A stretch of DNA of 64,000 bases from IMG/VR virus record IMGVR_UViG_2775506876_000001, positions 12,549 to 76,548 of that record; one strand, given 5' to 3'. Below are positions 38,795 to 47,313 of this stretch, in pieces (position 1 is the stretch's first letter; the number at the start of each line of letters is the position of its first letter). Made by a program: the position numbers and the translations under genes. Source of the stretch: a virus (taxonomy: Duplodnaviria; Caudoviricetes). A model generated the notes under the pieces. The model did not search any database. It was not told the origin of the DNA and worked only from the letters and a program-made list of their open reading frames with translations.

Positions 38795-39469
38795 TTACAC
38801 AAACAATCCTAAACGTTCTCCAATACTTTGTAAAAAGCCTATAACACCTCTAGAAGCTGGTGTGTAATCTTTTTTGATTATATATTCCGGTCTTGACTGA
38901 TCACCATTGGTTAACAAGTGTGAAACAACCGCTTTTTGGTAATTTCTATCTTCTTGAATTTGTTTGATGCTTACCTGGTTTACCGTGTTAATAAGTTTTG
39001 CCTGCCCATCAACATTTTGCATCGATTGTTTAATCATGCCTTGTAGCTTGATATAAGACATTTCTAAATTATGTCGTTGATGTTCGAGCAATTTAGCGTG
39101 ATGAAAGTCAATAGCGTTTTCAGAACGACTATGTAAATATTGACTATTGGCTAACTTGATAGATGACTGAGCTTTTTCAATTTGTGTTGAACCTTTACCA
39201 GCAGCCTTGAGAATTTCTGCTTGATCTAAATTATATTGAGTTGTTGCTGTAATTTGATTAAGAATTGCTGCTTTTAATTGTGGTGCTAAATCATTATAAG
39301 TTTGTGCCTCTAAATTCATCTGTCCAAGCTGTTGACAAGCTTGTAACTGTGCTTCAGGATTACTGGTGTCTAAAGCCTGTTCCATCAATCCAAACATGTC
39401 ACCATAATTTTGAGAAAGCTTTCTAGACAGAGTTTTACCGTGTTGGGCAACATGATTTTTAAATTTCAT
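38795..39469 (-). CDS. Gln-rich coiled-coil protein
   Basis: 224 aa, helical, amphipathic C-terminus. Confidence 0.6.
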   Translation of the reverse strand: MKFKNHVAQHGKTLSRKLSQNYGDMFGLMEQALDTSNPEAQLQACQQLGQMNLEAQTYNDLAPQLKAAILNQITATTQYNLDQAEILKAAGKGSTQIEKAQSSIKLANSQYLHSRSENAIDFHHAKLLEHQRHNLEMSYIKLQGMIKQSMQNVDGQAKLINTVNQVSIKQIQEDRNYQKAVVSHLLTNGDQSRPEYIIKKDYTPASRGVIGFLQSIGERLGLFV

Positions 39470-39478
39470 AAAATAACC

Positions 39479-39898
39479 TCAATCATTTTTGTAAGTGTCA
39501 GACATATTATAACAAAGATTGATTTTGGTTTCACTATTATTACAAGATTTTTTTAAATAATTTTGGTAATTATTTGAATCCACTTGAGTAAATAAAGGAA
39601 ATAAAATAGCACTTGTGACCAGGGTAAAGAAACAAATTAAATAAAATGTTGTGTTTCTGTCTTGTACATGTTGCCAATAATTTATCAAATTCGACTTTGA
39701 TTGTTTTACCCTGGTCAATCTAGTTTTAATATCATCTAGAACTGTTTCAGAACTTGTAATTTTATCAATTAATTCTAGTTCCTGAACAACAATATTATTC
39801 AATTCGTTCTCGACAGTATCAGATATCAAAGCGATCGCTTTAGATTTTGAATCCAAACTAGTTTTAATTTCCTGGGCAGTATCTTTAAAGTTTTCCAT
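39479..39898 (-). CDS. Coiled-coil protein with one TM helix
   Basis: 'FYLICFFTLVTSAILFPLF'. Confidence 0.6.
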   Translation of the reverse strand: MENFKDTAQEIKTSLDSKSKAIALISDTVENELNNIVVQELELIDKITSSETVLDDIKTRLTRVKQSKSNLINYWQHVQDRNTTFYLICFFTLVTSAILFPLFTQVDSNNYQNYLKKSCNNSETKINLCYNMSDTYKND

Positions 39899-40020
39899 AA
39901 CCTTAAAATTTTAAAAAGTCACTTTTTAAATATAACAAAAAATCCCTGGATATTTTCCGGGGATTTATAAAACTGTAAGTTAAGTGGATTATCAGTAGAT
40001 GCATTTTTATAATATCATAA

Positions 40021-40215
40021 TTACACAGGTTTTTGATTCTTCTTAATCTGATAACCAATACCAGCAGCCACTAAACTTCCTAAAATTGTTACTGGTTCAG
40101 GAACGTCTTGAGGTTGTTTTTGCACTTGCTGAACTTGTTGTTTTTGTACTTGATTTGGTTGGTTGTCGCTAGGACAAGCTAAACCTAATGTGAAAATACA
40201 GAGAATGATATCCAT
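40021..40215 (-). CDS. Miniature PEP-CTERM sorting-domain protein
   Basis: Hydrophobic N-terminus, Gln-rich linker, 'VPEPVTILGSLVAAGIG..KK'. Confidence 0.8.
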   Translation of the reverse strand: MDIILCIFTLGLACPSDNQPNQVQKQQVQQVQKQPQDVPEPVTILGSLVAAGIGYQIKKNQKPV

Positions 40216-40353
40216 ATATAGATGATAAGTTTACATCTATATTATATCGTTTATGTATATGAAAAATATAAAGCTATTATAAATGTTCTGTAAAATAAAA
40301 ATTCTTCGGATAGTTTCAATTTATCCGAAGAATTTAAAAAGTGACTTTTTGAT

Positions 40354-40542
40354 TTAGATTAAATCTTTGAATTCATCCAGGGTAATTTGCTTGATGTATC
40401 TACGGTTTGCTTGTGCCGCTAAACGCTTCATTTGTCTTTTGGTTGTTCCCGTAACACAAGCGTTTTTAAATCGTGTAATATCCCAATAAAAACGAACGTG
40501 TATGGAACCTAAGTTAGCAAATTTATTGAAAGATTTGTTCAT
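40354..40542 (-). CDS. Small basic hypothetical protein
   Basis: 62-aa ORF in a co-directional cluster. Confidence 0.45.
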   Translation of the reverse strand: MNKSFNKFANLGSIHVRFYWDITRFKNACVTGTTKRQMKRLAAQANRRYIKQITLDEFKDLI

Positions 40543-40641
40543 GTTTTAGCTCTTTGGTAACTGAGCTAATGAAAAGAACCTCTAGTTTTGATTAACATAT
40601 TAAGATTTCCTTAAACTACTTGACAAAATTAACTGTTTGTG

Positions 40642-40878
40642 TTAATGAGCGTAAATTCCATAAACTTCTAGAGTATCTTGCCGATAACGATGGTTTTCTG
40701 GAAGCTTTTCTACAATTTCAATGTGATGTGAAATTATACAAGATTTCCAATCATAAACATCATCATCATCAAGCCATTCTAGCTGAAGTTGTAAAGCTTC
40801 CTCTGGTGTTTGAGCTTCGATGTAATTAATCTGGATTTCACCACCTTTATCTAGGTCTAGAGTGCTTTTGTAAATCAT
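40642..40878 (-). CDS. Small acidic hypothetical protein
   Basis: 'IEAQTPEEA'; ATGA overlap with upstream ORF. Confidence 0.55.
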   Translation of the reverse strand: MIYKSTLDLDKGGEIQINYIEAQTPEEALQLQLEWLDDDDVYDWKSCIISHHIEIVEKLPENHRYRQDTLEVYGIYAH

Positions 40879-41033
40879 GATTGTTTTTTAGGTTGTCTTA
40901 CATCACAAGGTTCAAAATCGGATTGTGTGTCTCGTAAGACTGCACATTTAGCATAATCTCTGGGGTTGTCATAGTGATAATCACATGTTTGGCATTGTTT
41001 AGGGATGTTGTCTTTTTCTGATTGTTTCGACAT
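40875..41033 (-). CDS. Small Cys-rich protein (52 aa, not in ORF track)
   Basis: MSKQ...CQTCDYHY...CAVL...EPC; AAGGA RBS; TGA overlaps next ATG. Confidence 0.6.
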   Translation of the reverse strand: MSKQSEKDNIPKQCQTCDYHYDNPRDYAKCAVLRDTQSDFEPCDVRQPKKQS

Positions 41034-41035
41034 TG

Positions 41036-41323
41036 TTTTGAATCCTTTAGAGTTAGTGGTTGTCTAGATAGAAATTGATTGACCAAGGAACTGATTATGA
41101 TTCCCACCATTGCCCATTATCTTCTTCATTTGATTCTTCAGCCATTACTTCAAGAATTTGTTCGTTTTCCCAAGCTTTATAAACAGCTTGGCTAATATTT
41201 TCAGAAAGTTCTACTTCAATAGAACCTTCAACTTTTTCAAATGAAACGATGCCATTAAATAGATAAGCCTTGTAAATCTTCATGATTTTGAATCCTTTAG
41301 AGTTAGTGGTTGTCTAGATAGAA
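41036..41323. repeat. 38-bp direct repeat (41036-41073, 41286-41323) flanking ORF 41095..41283
   Basis: TTTTGAATCCTTTAGAGTTAGTGGTTGTCTAGATAGAA. Confidence 0.9.
41095..41283 (-). CDS. Small hypothetical protein
   Basis: AAGGA RBS within the repeat. Confidence 0.55.
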   Translation of the reverse strand: MKIYKAYLFNGIVSFEKVEGSIEVELSENISQAVYKAWENEQILEVMAEESNEEDNGQWWES

Positions 41324-41446
41324 CCGGATTGCGTCAAGAATGACCTGAGTTAAGGTTTTTTCTTTGTTTTTACAGAATTCCTCAAGCTCTTGTCTGAGTT
41401 TTGGTGGAATTCGTAAACCAAACTGGGGTATTAAGTTCTTAGCCAT
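41303..41446 (-). CDS. Ribbon-helix-helix (Arc-like) regulator (47 aa, not in ORF track)
   Basis: MAKNLIPQFGLRIPPKLRQELEEFCKNKEKTLTQVILDAIRFYLDNH. Confidence 0.75.
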   Translation of the reverse strand: MAKNLIPQFGLRIPPKLRQELEEFCKNKEKTLTQVILDAIRFYLDNH

Positions 41447-42172
41447 ATTTATAATATAACTGCTAGTTAGATACTTGTCATGAGTATTTATTACTAATTT
41501 AGATAAACGATCGCTATAATATTGTACGTACTCAGGTAAGTTACAACAGACACGATTATTTCAGACCAGGGAACGGTTATTACCCTGGACATAAATTACA
41601 GATATAGTCAGATTACTGAAAGCCTTACACAAAGCCGATCGCTTCTATAATCGCAGGGTAGCGATTGAGACTACACACTGGCTGGAACGCTTACACGGCT
41701 TATGTTACGGGTACATAATGATGATGCATATGTAAGGAAGCGATTTTTCAAGATACTAGGGAAATATGGGCACTTTTCGAGGGTTAAAAAAATTAGCGAT
41801 TTTCAAAGTTCAGTAAGCGATTATCCTTACACAGCAAGGCTTTAAACCACTTATTTTTTAAAAGTGTTCAGTGACCATAAAGAGTGTTAGTTCAGATTAA
41901 ATTATCTTGTAACACTGAACTATTTTTAGAAAGCTTTATATAGCAACAATTACAGCCAGCGATTCAACATAATCGCTGAATCGCTCTTAACAATTCTTAA
42001 CTAAAAAATAAGTAAAAGTACTCTTGTAATCAGTTAAAAAATGTGTTAGTGTTCAGACTGAATTCAACGATTTTCAGAACTGAATCAATTAGCGATTAAA
42101 AAAGATGCTACGATAGTGAAAACGTTAAAAAGTTCTTTGAACTCTACTGAACTATGCTAAAAGGTGGTTTAC

Positions 42173-42649
42173 ATGCCTATAACCTTCCGTAAAAAGACCA
42201 ATACAGGTGTAAAAAAGAATACACCATTAAAACTTAAATTAGAATCGCTATTCGGTAAAAAGCTAAATAGCACCCAAGTTAACCGGATACAATCCGAGAT
42301 TCTGAAAAGTGGTTTTGTAACTTCTGAAAACAACATTACAGACAAAGCATTGCAGGATTATGCTAAGTTCAAAACCTGTTTTCCTAAATACATTTACAAA
42401 AAAGATGAACTAGAAAAAGCAAAGGAAATCACAAAGACTATTGAGCATGATGATTACATTTACAGTGCAGAAAATATTTTCTACAAAATTAAAGAACTTT
42501 TACCAGGGTTAGCAGATAGCACTATCTATTACTGGTTTGAAAAAGCTGGTAGTAAATTTAGCACCGTTAAAAGTTATGGATTAGATATAACCGTTTTGGT
42601 TATGTATCAGGCTGTAAGACGTAAAGAAACTTTATTCACAGGAAAATAA
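42173..42649 (+). CDS. Putative DNA-binding protein
   Basis: Basic; 'LADSTIYYWF' HTH-like; followed by terminator 42712-42750. Confidence 0.5.
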   Translation: MPITFRKKTNTGVKKNTPLKLKLESLFGKKLNSTQVNRIQSEILKSGFVTSENNITDKALQDYAKFKTCFPKYIYKKDELEKAKEITKTIEHDDYIYSAENIFYKIKELLPGLADSTIYYWFEKAGSKFSTVKSYGLDITVLVMYQAVRRKETLFTGK

Positions 42650-42767
42650 ATCAAATGGCTTATCCAAAAACACACAAATCTCTAGAATAATTTCAAAACA
42701 AATTAAGCATTAAAAAACCTCTAGATTATTCAAAATTCTAGAGGTTTTTTAATGTTTCAAAAGCTAA

Positions 42768-43133
42768 TTAGTACATCGTGTTAATAGCAAAATTATATAG
42801 ATAACCCGCTAACCTTTCCCGTAATATTTGCCAGACAACATTATCACCAGTCTCGACAGTATTGTATAAGGTCACAAAAATTTTCTTGATGTTCTGGTCA
42901 GTGATGCTATCGATGATTTCTTTGGTTATTTCTAAATCAGTAATTTTGTTCAGATACCAGTTAAAATCTTTCATGCTGTTTAAAGTTTCCGTAGTTTCAA
43001 CTAAAATCGTTCTTTCACCACCGCAATGATCACAAACATTATCATAACCAGTACCTTTACCATCAAATCCTGAACCACCACAAAAACAACAATCAATTTC
43101 CATAATTTTGCATTTTGTTGATGAATTCATCAA
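42768..43133 (-). CDS. Protein with DnaJ-type CxxCxGxG zinc finger
   Basis: 'CCFCGGSG...CDHCGG'. Confidence 0.6.
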   Translation of the reverse strand: MMNSSTKCKIMEIDCCFCGGSGFDGKGTGYDNVCDHCGGERTILVETTETLNSMKDFNWYLNKITDLEITKEIIDSITDQNIKKIFVTLYNTVETGDNVVWQILRERLAGYLYNFAINTMY

Positions 43134-43386
43134 CGAAGAGATCTAACTCTCGCTTTGCTAAATCCCGATCTCGGAAAGTCTTGCTATTACTTCCTGATCC
43201 AATAGTAGTTAGTGCAGCCATAAATTTTTTGCCATGTGGGAAAGTTAATACATGATGTATATAGGCTTTTGGTTTAAGGTGATGGTATCTTTGCATCTGT
43301 TCATATTCGATTTCCTCAGAATGGCGAATATCAACAGTACCAACGGTTGAGGTATCAGGTCTTTTTGGTGTGTCGTCTATCCACAT
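43093..43386 (-). CDS. Hypothetical protein
   Basis: ATG at 43386 follows AAGGA RBS in the repeated leader. Confidence 0.5.
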   Translation of the reverse strand: MWIDDTPKRPDTSTVGTVDIRHSEEIEYEQMQRYHHLKPKAYIHHVLTFPHGKKFMAALTTIGSGSNSKTFRDRDLAKRELDLFVDEFINKMQNYGN

Positions 43387-43387
43387 A

Positions 43388-43781
43388 ATTTTAAATCCTT
43401 TCAATTTTCTAAGTTGATTGTGTTACTTGACTAACACCCTGGATTATCTAAATTATTTTGATAAAATTTTCAATTAATTTAGATAATCCAAAATGTTGTC
43501 CAAATACTACTAATCAACTAATCGACACATTCTTCAACTTCAATTTTATTTAAAACACCATAAAAAACATTACCTTTAACAATTTGTCCATGATATTGAA
43601 TTTTATCAGCATCATTAACATCTATATCACTTTCAAGAGCATTTCTAATAGCATCTTGTTCATTGTCAGCTTCGATTTTTACAGAAACATAACCAGTAAA
43701 AGGAACTCTAACAATATATGTAGCCATGATTTTAAATCCTCTAAATTTTCTAAGTTAATTGTGTTACTTGACTAACACCCT
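43388..43781. repeat. ~53-bp direct repeat leader (43388-43440, 43729-43781)
   Basis: ATTTTAAATCCT..AATTTTCTAAGTT.ATTGTGTTACTTGACTAACACCCT upstream of two consecutive minus-strand genes. Confidence 0.85.
43518..43727 (-). CDS. Small phage protein
   Basis: 'VKIEADNEQDAI' motif common in small phage proteins. Confidence 0.6.
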   Translation of the reverse strand: MATYIVRVPFTGYVSVKIEADNEQDAIRNALESDIDVNDADKIQYHGQIVKGNVFYGVLNKIEVEECVD

Positions 43782-43825
43782 AGAACATCTAAATAATTTA
43801 GATGTTCTAAAGTAATATTCAAATT

Positions 43826-44398
43826 TTAAACTTTAAACAATTCTAGGATATCATCGGCTGCTTGTTGCCATTGCCGTTGATTGTGTTGAACAGCTTCAGA
43901 AATTTCTTGAAGTTTTTGAACAGCCAAGCTATCAGTACGATTTTGAATTTCTATAATCTCTGAAGCTGTTTCAGCGATCGCTTGAGCTTCCAAATTGGCT
44001 TGGTATTCAACATACTTTTTAATAGCACCGATAACTTGACTAGCTAATGACTGTCTGGACTTAAAGTTGTTGCTGATATTCTGAGACACTTCAGTGACTT
44101 CTTGACTAGTCAAAGTTATTTGCAACTTTTCTGAATGTTTTTGAATAAGCTGATGTTTTTCAGATTCAGAAATTTGTATTTGGTTTTTACCAGGGATAGA
44201 CAAAGCTGATTGCTCTTTGTCCTTGACTGTTCCCTGGTCTGTAACGATTGCTTGGCTGATCATTTGTTTTTGTTCTGTTGTTGCTGTTTCTAAGTTGATA
44301 TTTAACAAAAATGCTTTATCTCTGATCTGTTGACTGGTTGCATTAAACCCAGAATCTTTTACCTGATTTCTAATCGTGTCGATAACATTTTTAGTCAT
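43826..44398 (-). CDS. Coiled-coil hypothetical protein
   Basis: Gln/Glu-rich helical 190 aa. Confidence 0.55.
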   Translation of the reverse strand: MTKNVIDTIRNQVKDSGFNATSQQIRDKAFLLNINLETATTEQKQMISQAIVTDQGTVKDKEQSALSIPGKNQIQISESEKHQLIQKHSEKLQITLTSQEVTEVSQNISNNFKSRQSLASQVIGAIKKYVEYQANLEAQAIAETASEIIEIQNRTDSLAVQKLQEISEAVQHNQRQWQQAADDILELFKV

Positions 44399-44594
44399 GT
44401 TTTCCTGTCATGTTTTCGATTTTTACAATGAACTCTAGAGCAATAAACCCGTGAAATTCTTTAGGCTTGTTTTGATATAAAGTTGCTTGTTTAACATCTT
44501 TAGTTAGTTGTCTGGAACCAACAAAAAGTTGATTCTCTGGATGATAAAGCATGTAAATTTTCAAGTTATCTAAATTGTTAAGCATAATTACCAA
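44391..44594 (-). CDS. Hypothetical protein
   Basis: Overlapping operon arrangement. Confidence 0.45.
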   Translation of the reverse strand: MVIMLNNLDNLKIYMLYHPENQLFVGSRQLTKDVKQATLYQNKPKEFHGFIALEFIVKIENMTGKHD

Positions 44595-45058
44595 GCACTA
44601 AAAAGTAAGGAAGGTTTTTTGCTGGTTTCGTAATGACCTTTTAAAATCAAAGCTGCTTGCAAAGCGTTATTACACGGTTTAGATTGTCCCAAGCTTATAA
44701 AGCTATATGACCAACGTTTCCAAATATCGTTAAATCTGATAACACCAACAAAATCCTTGTTGCAATAAATCAAAAACTTTGTGTCTGTAACATCAGATTT
44801 AAGGTTGTAGTGTAAACCTTGATTTTTACAAGCATCGGAAACATCATCAACTATGGTACGTTCTCGGTCATTTAGAATTTGGTTAAGTTTGTCGGCTAAG
44901 TTAAACCAGTGAACTTTTTGATTAGCCTTAAATGCTGGATATAATTGCTTAATCCGATAAACTGTAACAATTCCTGAAAGATTGTGAACTTTAGCAACCA
45001 AAAATTTAATTCGATTTTTTAAAGATTGTGTAAGTTTAGAATCAATTAAGCTATTCAT
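44588..45058 (-). CDS. Hypothetical protein
   Basis: 156 aa, preceded by the palindrome cassette. Confidence 0.55.
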   Translation of the reverse strand: MNSLIDSKLTQSLKNRIKFLVAKVHNLSGIVTVYRIKQLYPAFKANQKVHWFNLADKLNQILNDRERTIVDDVSDACKNQGLHYNLKSDVTDTKFLIYCNKDFVGVIRFNDIWKRWSYSFISLGQSKPCNNALQAALILKGHYETSKKPSLLFSAW

Positions 45059-45252
45059 AACGTTTAAGGTAATCTGAAAAGTGACTTTTTGTTTTGTCCG
45101 ACAAATCTATAATATGTCGGACAAAATTTTATAACATCCGTAAATATACTGAAATTATAATAAAACTTACAAGTATCCTATTAAACAAAAAATCTCTAGT
45201 GTTAGACTAGAGATAAAATTTTAAAAAGTGACTTTTTGATTTTTATCGATTT

Positions 45253-45417
45253 TTAGCTTTTAACACTTTTGGATAATATAAAAGGTTGTGGTAAATCTAT
45301 CAACACTCGTAATATTTCGGATATAGTTGATTCTGTGGCACTAGAGATAGTTTCTAGCTTAGTAAATTGCTCATCAGTAACCCTTACCGATATTTTAACC
45401 AATTTATTATTTTTCAC
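45253..45417 (-). CDS. Ribbon-helix-helix (CopG-like) protein (54 aa, GTG start, not in ORF track)
   Basis: VKNNKLVKISVRVTDEQFTKLETISSATESTISEILRVLID; AAGGTG RBS. Confidence 0.65.
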   Translation of the reverse strand: MKNNKLVKISVRVTDEQFTKLETISSATESTISEILRVLIDLPQPFILSKSVKS

Positions 45418-45520
45418 GATTTCACCTTATATAATAATGTCCTACATTAAATTTAGCATAAAAAATTCCCTGGACAATAGTAATTTTATCCAGGGAATAA
45501 ACGCTTAACCGATTTGAAAA

Positions 45521-46822
45521 TTAAGCAGCTTCTTGTTGTTCAGACAATTCAGAGGGTTTTTGTTTGCTTTGAATTTTTAAAACCTGTTCCTGAATTTTCT
45601 TAACTTTGTCAGCAATTTTAACAATTTGTTCAGGCATCAAATCAGGGTATTCTTGTACAGCCAGATTACTTAAGAACAAAGCAAAATCAGCTAAGTTATC
45701 TTTGGCTTGTCCTAACGCTTCAAAGGTAATAGCTTGTCTTTGAATGGTTTCAGAATCTTGTTCAGAATCTTGTTCAGAATCTTGTTCAGAATCTTGTTCA
45801 GAATCATCATCGTTATCATTAATCAAATTCTCAACACTAGCGGTTAAGAATTCTTTGGCATGTTCTAACGCTTCAACAGTTAAAGCATTATTAGAACCAT
45901 CTTGTAAACCAACAAAATCTAAAGCTTCATTAATGACTTTTTCAAAATCAGCTTCAGTTTCTTTGGTAATTTTTTCAACTTCATCGACTAAAGCGAAAGG
46001 TAGAACACCAGATTCAACAAGTTCTAGGACTTGTTCACCTTTTTCTAAAATTTCCTCAACACGATCAACGTCTTTAATTGTGACTTTGTTTTTACCCCTT
46101 TCATTAGCTGATTTAACAGCCAAGTCTAAATAGTTTTTGGATTCAATACCAGCTTTGCTAGATTTAGCTAACACTGTATCAGCTATTGCTAAATCTATGG
46201 TTCCATCATTTAAAGCGGACTTTATAAATTCATCCTCTGTTGTGGATACTCTTAAAATCTGCTGTATCCAAGTTTCTGATTTACCCTGAATTGCTGCTAT
46301 AAAAGTTGTAACCTTTTTACGTAATTTTTTAACAGCTTTTTCATCCGGTTCCGTACCATTTTCTTTGATATATTCATCTAAAACTTGTTGATATTTAATA
46401 TCAAAGATTTCCTGAATGCCTTTAGAATATTCAAACGGTTTTAGTTGATTATTGGTTGTTCCTAAAGAAAGCATCCAACTTTTGCGCTTGATAGGATCTT
46501 CAGCATCCTCAACGGGCATGATAATATACGGAAAATCTAAAGATCCTTTGTATTCGGGATCTGTTGCAAGATTTTGTAGAGCTGCTAATCTGGAATTACC
46601 ATCCCAGACAACCCTTTTACCATCAACATTATATACAGATGGTAAAACAACACCAGGAATTTTAACACCACCATCAGCCTTGATAGCGGCTGTTAACTCT
46701 GGTCTATCGATTATTTCACGATAATTTTCGTCAGTTACAACAAATTCGGAATAATTTGCAGTATAATAGGTCTTTTTAGTTGCTGCCATATCAGTTACGT
46801 TATCCTCTAAAATGTCCGACAT
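45521..46822 (-). CDS. ParB/Srx-like N-terminal domain protein with HTH and acidic C-terminus
   Basis: 'GVKIP....VVWDGNSRLAAL' (GxxRxxA box); 'IAAIQGKSETWIQQIL' HTH. Confidence 0.72.
   Translation of the reverse strand: MSDILEDNVTDMAATKKTYYTANYSEFVVTDENYREIIDRPELTAAIKADGGVKIPGVVLPSVYNVDGKRVVWDGNSRLAALQNLATDPEYKGSLDFPYIIMPVEDAEDPIKRKSWMLSLGTTNNQLKPFEYSKGIQEIFDIKYQQVLDEYIKENGTEPDEKAVKKLRKKVTTFIAAIQGKSETWIQQILRVSTTEDEFIKSALNDGTIDLAIADTVLAKSSKAGIESKNYLDLAVKSANERGKNKVTIKDVDRVEEILEKGEQVLELVESGVLPFALVDEVEKITKETEADFEKVINEALDFVGLQDGSNNALTVEALEHAKEFLTASVENLINDNDDDSEQDSEQDSEQDSEQDSETIQRQAITFEALGQAKDNLADFALFLSNLAVQEYPDLMPEQIVKIADKVKKIQEQVLKIQSKQKPSELSEQQEAA
45749..45805. repeat. 12-bp tandem repeat encoding (DSEQ)4
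   Basis: TTCAGAATCTTG x4 plus a partial unit. Confidence 0.9.
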
Positions 46823-47085
46823 ATTTTTTATAGCACCTATCGGCTTAAACTGTCTAGTGTTTACTAAATAATTTTACCACGATTCAAAAAGTCACTTTTT
46901 AAACTTTTATCTATAATAATAAGTCAAAAAGCATAAAAAATCTAGTTTATATAAGTAATTTTTATATAATCTGTAAAATAAATATTATAAAAAGAAAAAT
47001 AATTAAGTAATTTTAGCAATTGAAATTGCTTGTTTAAACTGTAATCATTTAAATAGTGTTGATACTTCGCTTGAACTCTAGGATT

Positions 47086-47265
47086 ATGTTAAAGAAACCA
47101 AAGAAAATTTCCGACAAATTAATGGGGTTTTTTGTTACTCCAGAGGAAAAAATATTAATCATCCAAGCTAAACCTGATGATGTAAGTATGTCAGAATTTT
47201 TAAAATCAATAGTGATGCCAATTGTTACGAAAATGGTGATTTTAAAAAGAGCAAAATCACCTTAA
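47086..47265 (+). CDS. Putative RHH-like regulator
   Basis: 'LMGFFVTPEEK.......SMSEFLKSIV'. Confidence 0.55.
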   Translation: MLKKPKKISDKLMGFFVTPEEKILIIQAKPDDVSMSEFLKSIVMPIVTKMVILKRAKSP

Positions 47266-47313
47266 AGTTTTACAAAAGGTTTAAAGCCTTTTGTAAAACG
47301 CTTTAACAATTTG

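Noticed and set aside
40898-41110. 70-aa ORF in the track
   Set aside because: The alternative frame 40875..41033 has an RBS, a Cys motif and stop/start coupling, so it is preferred
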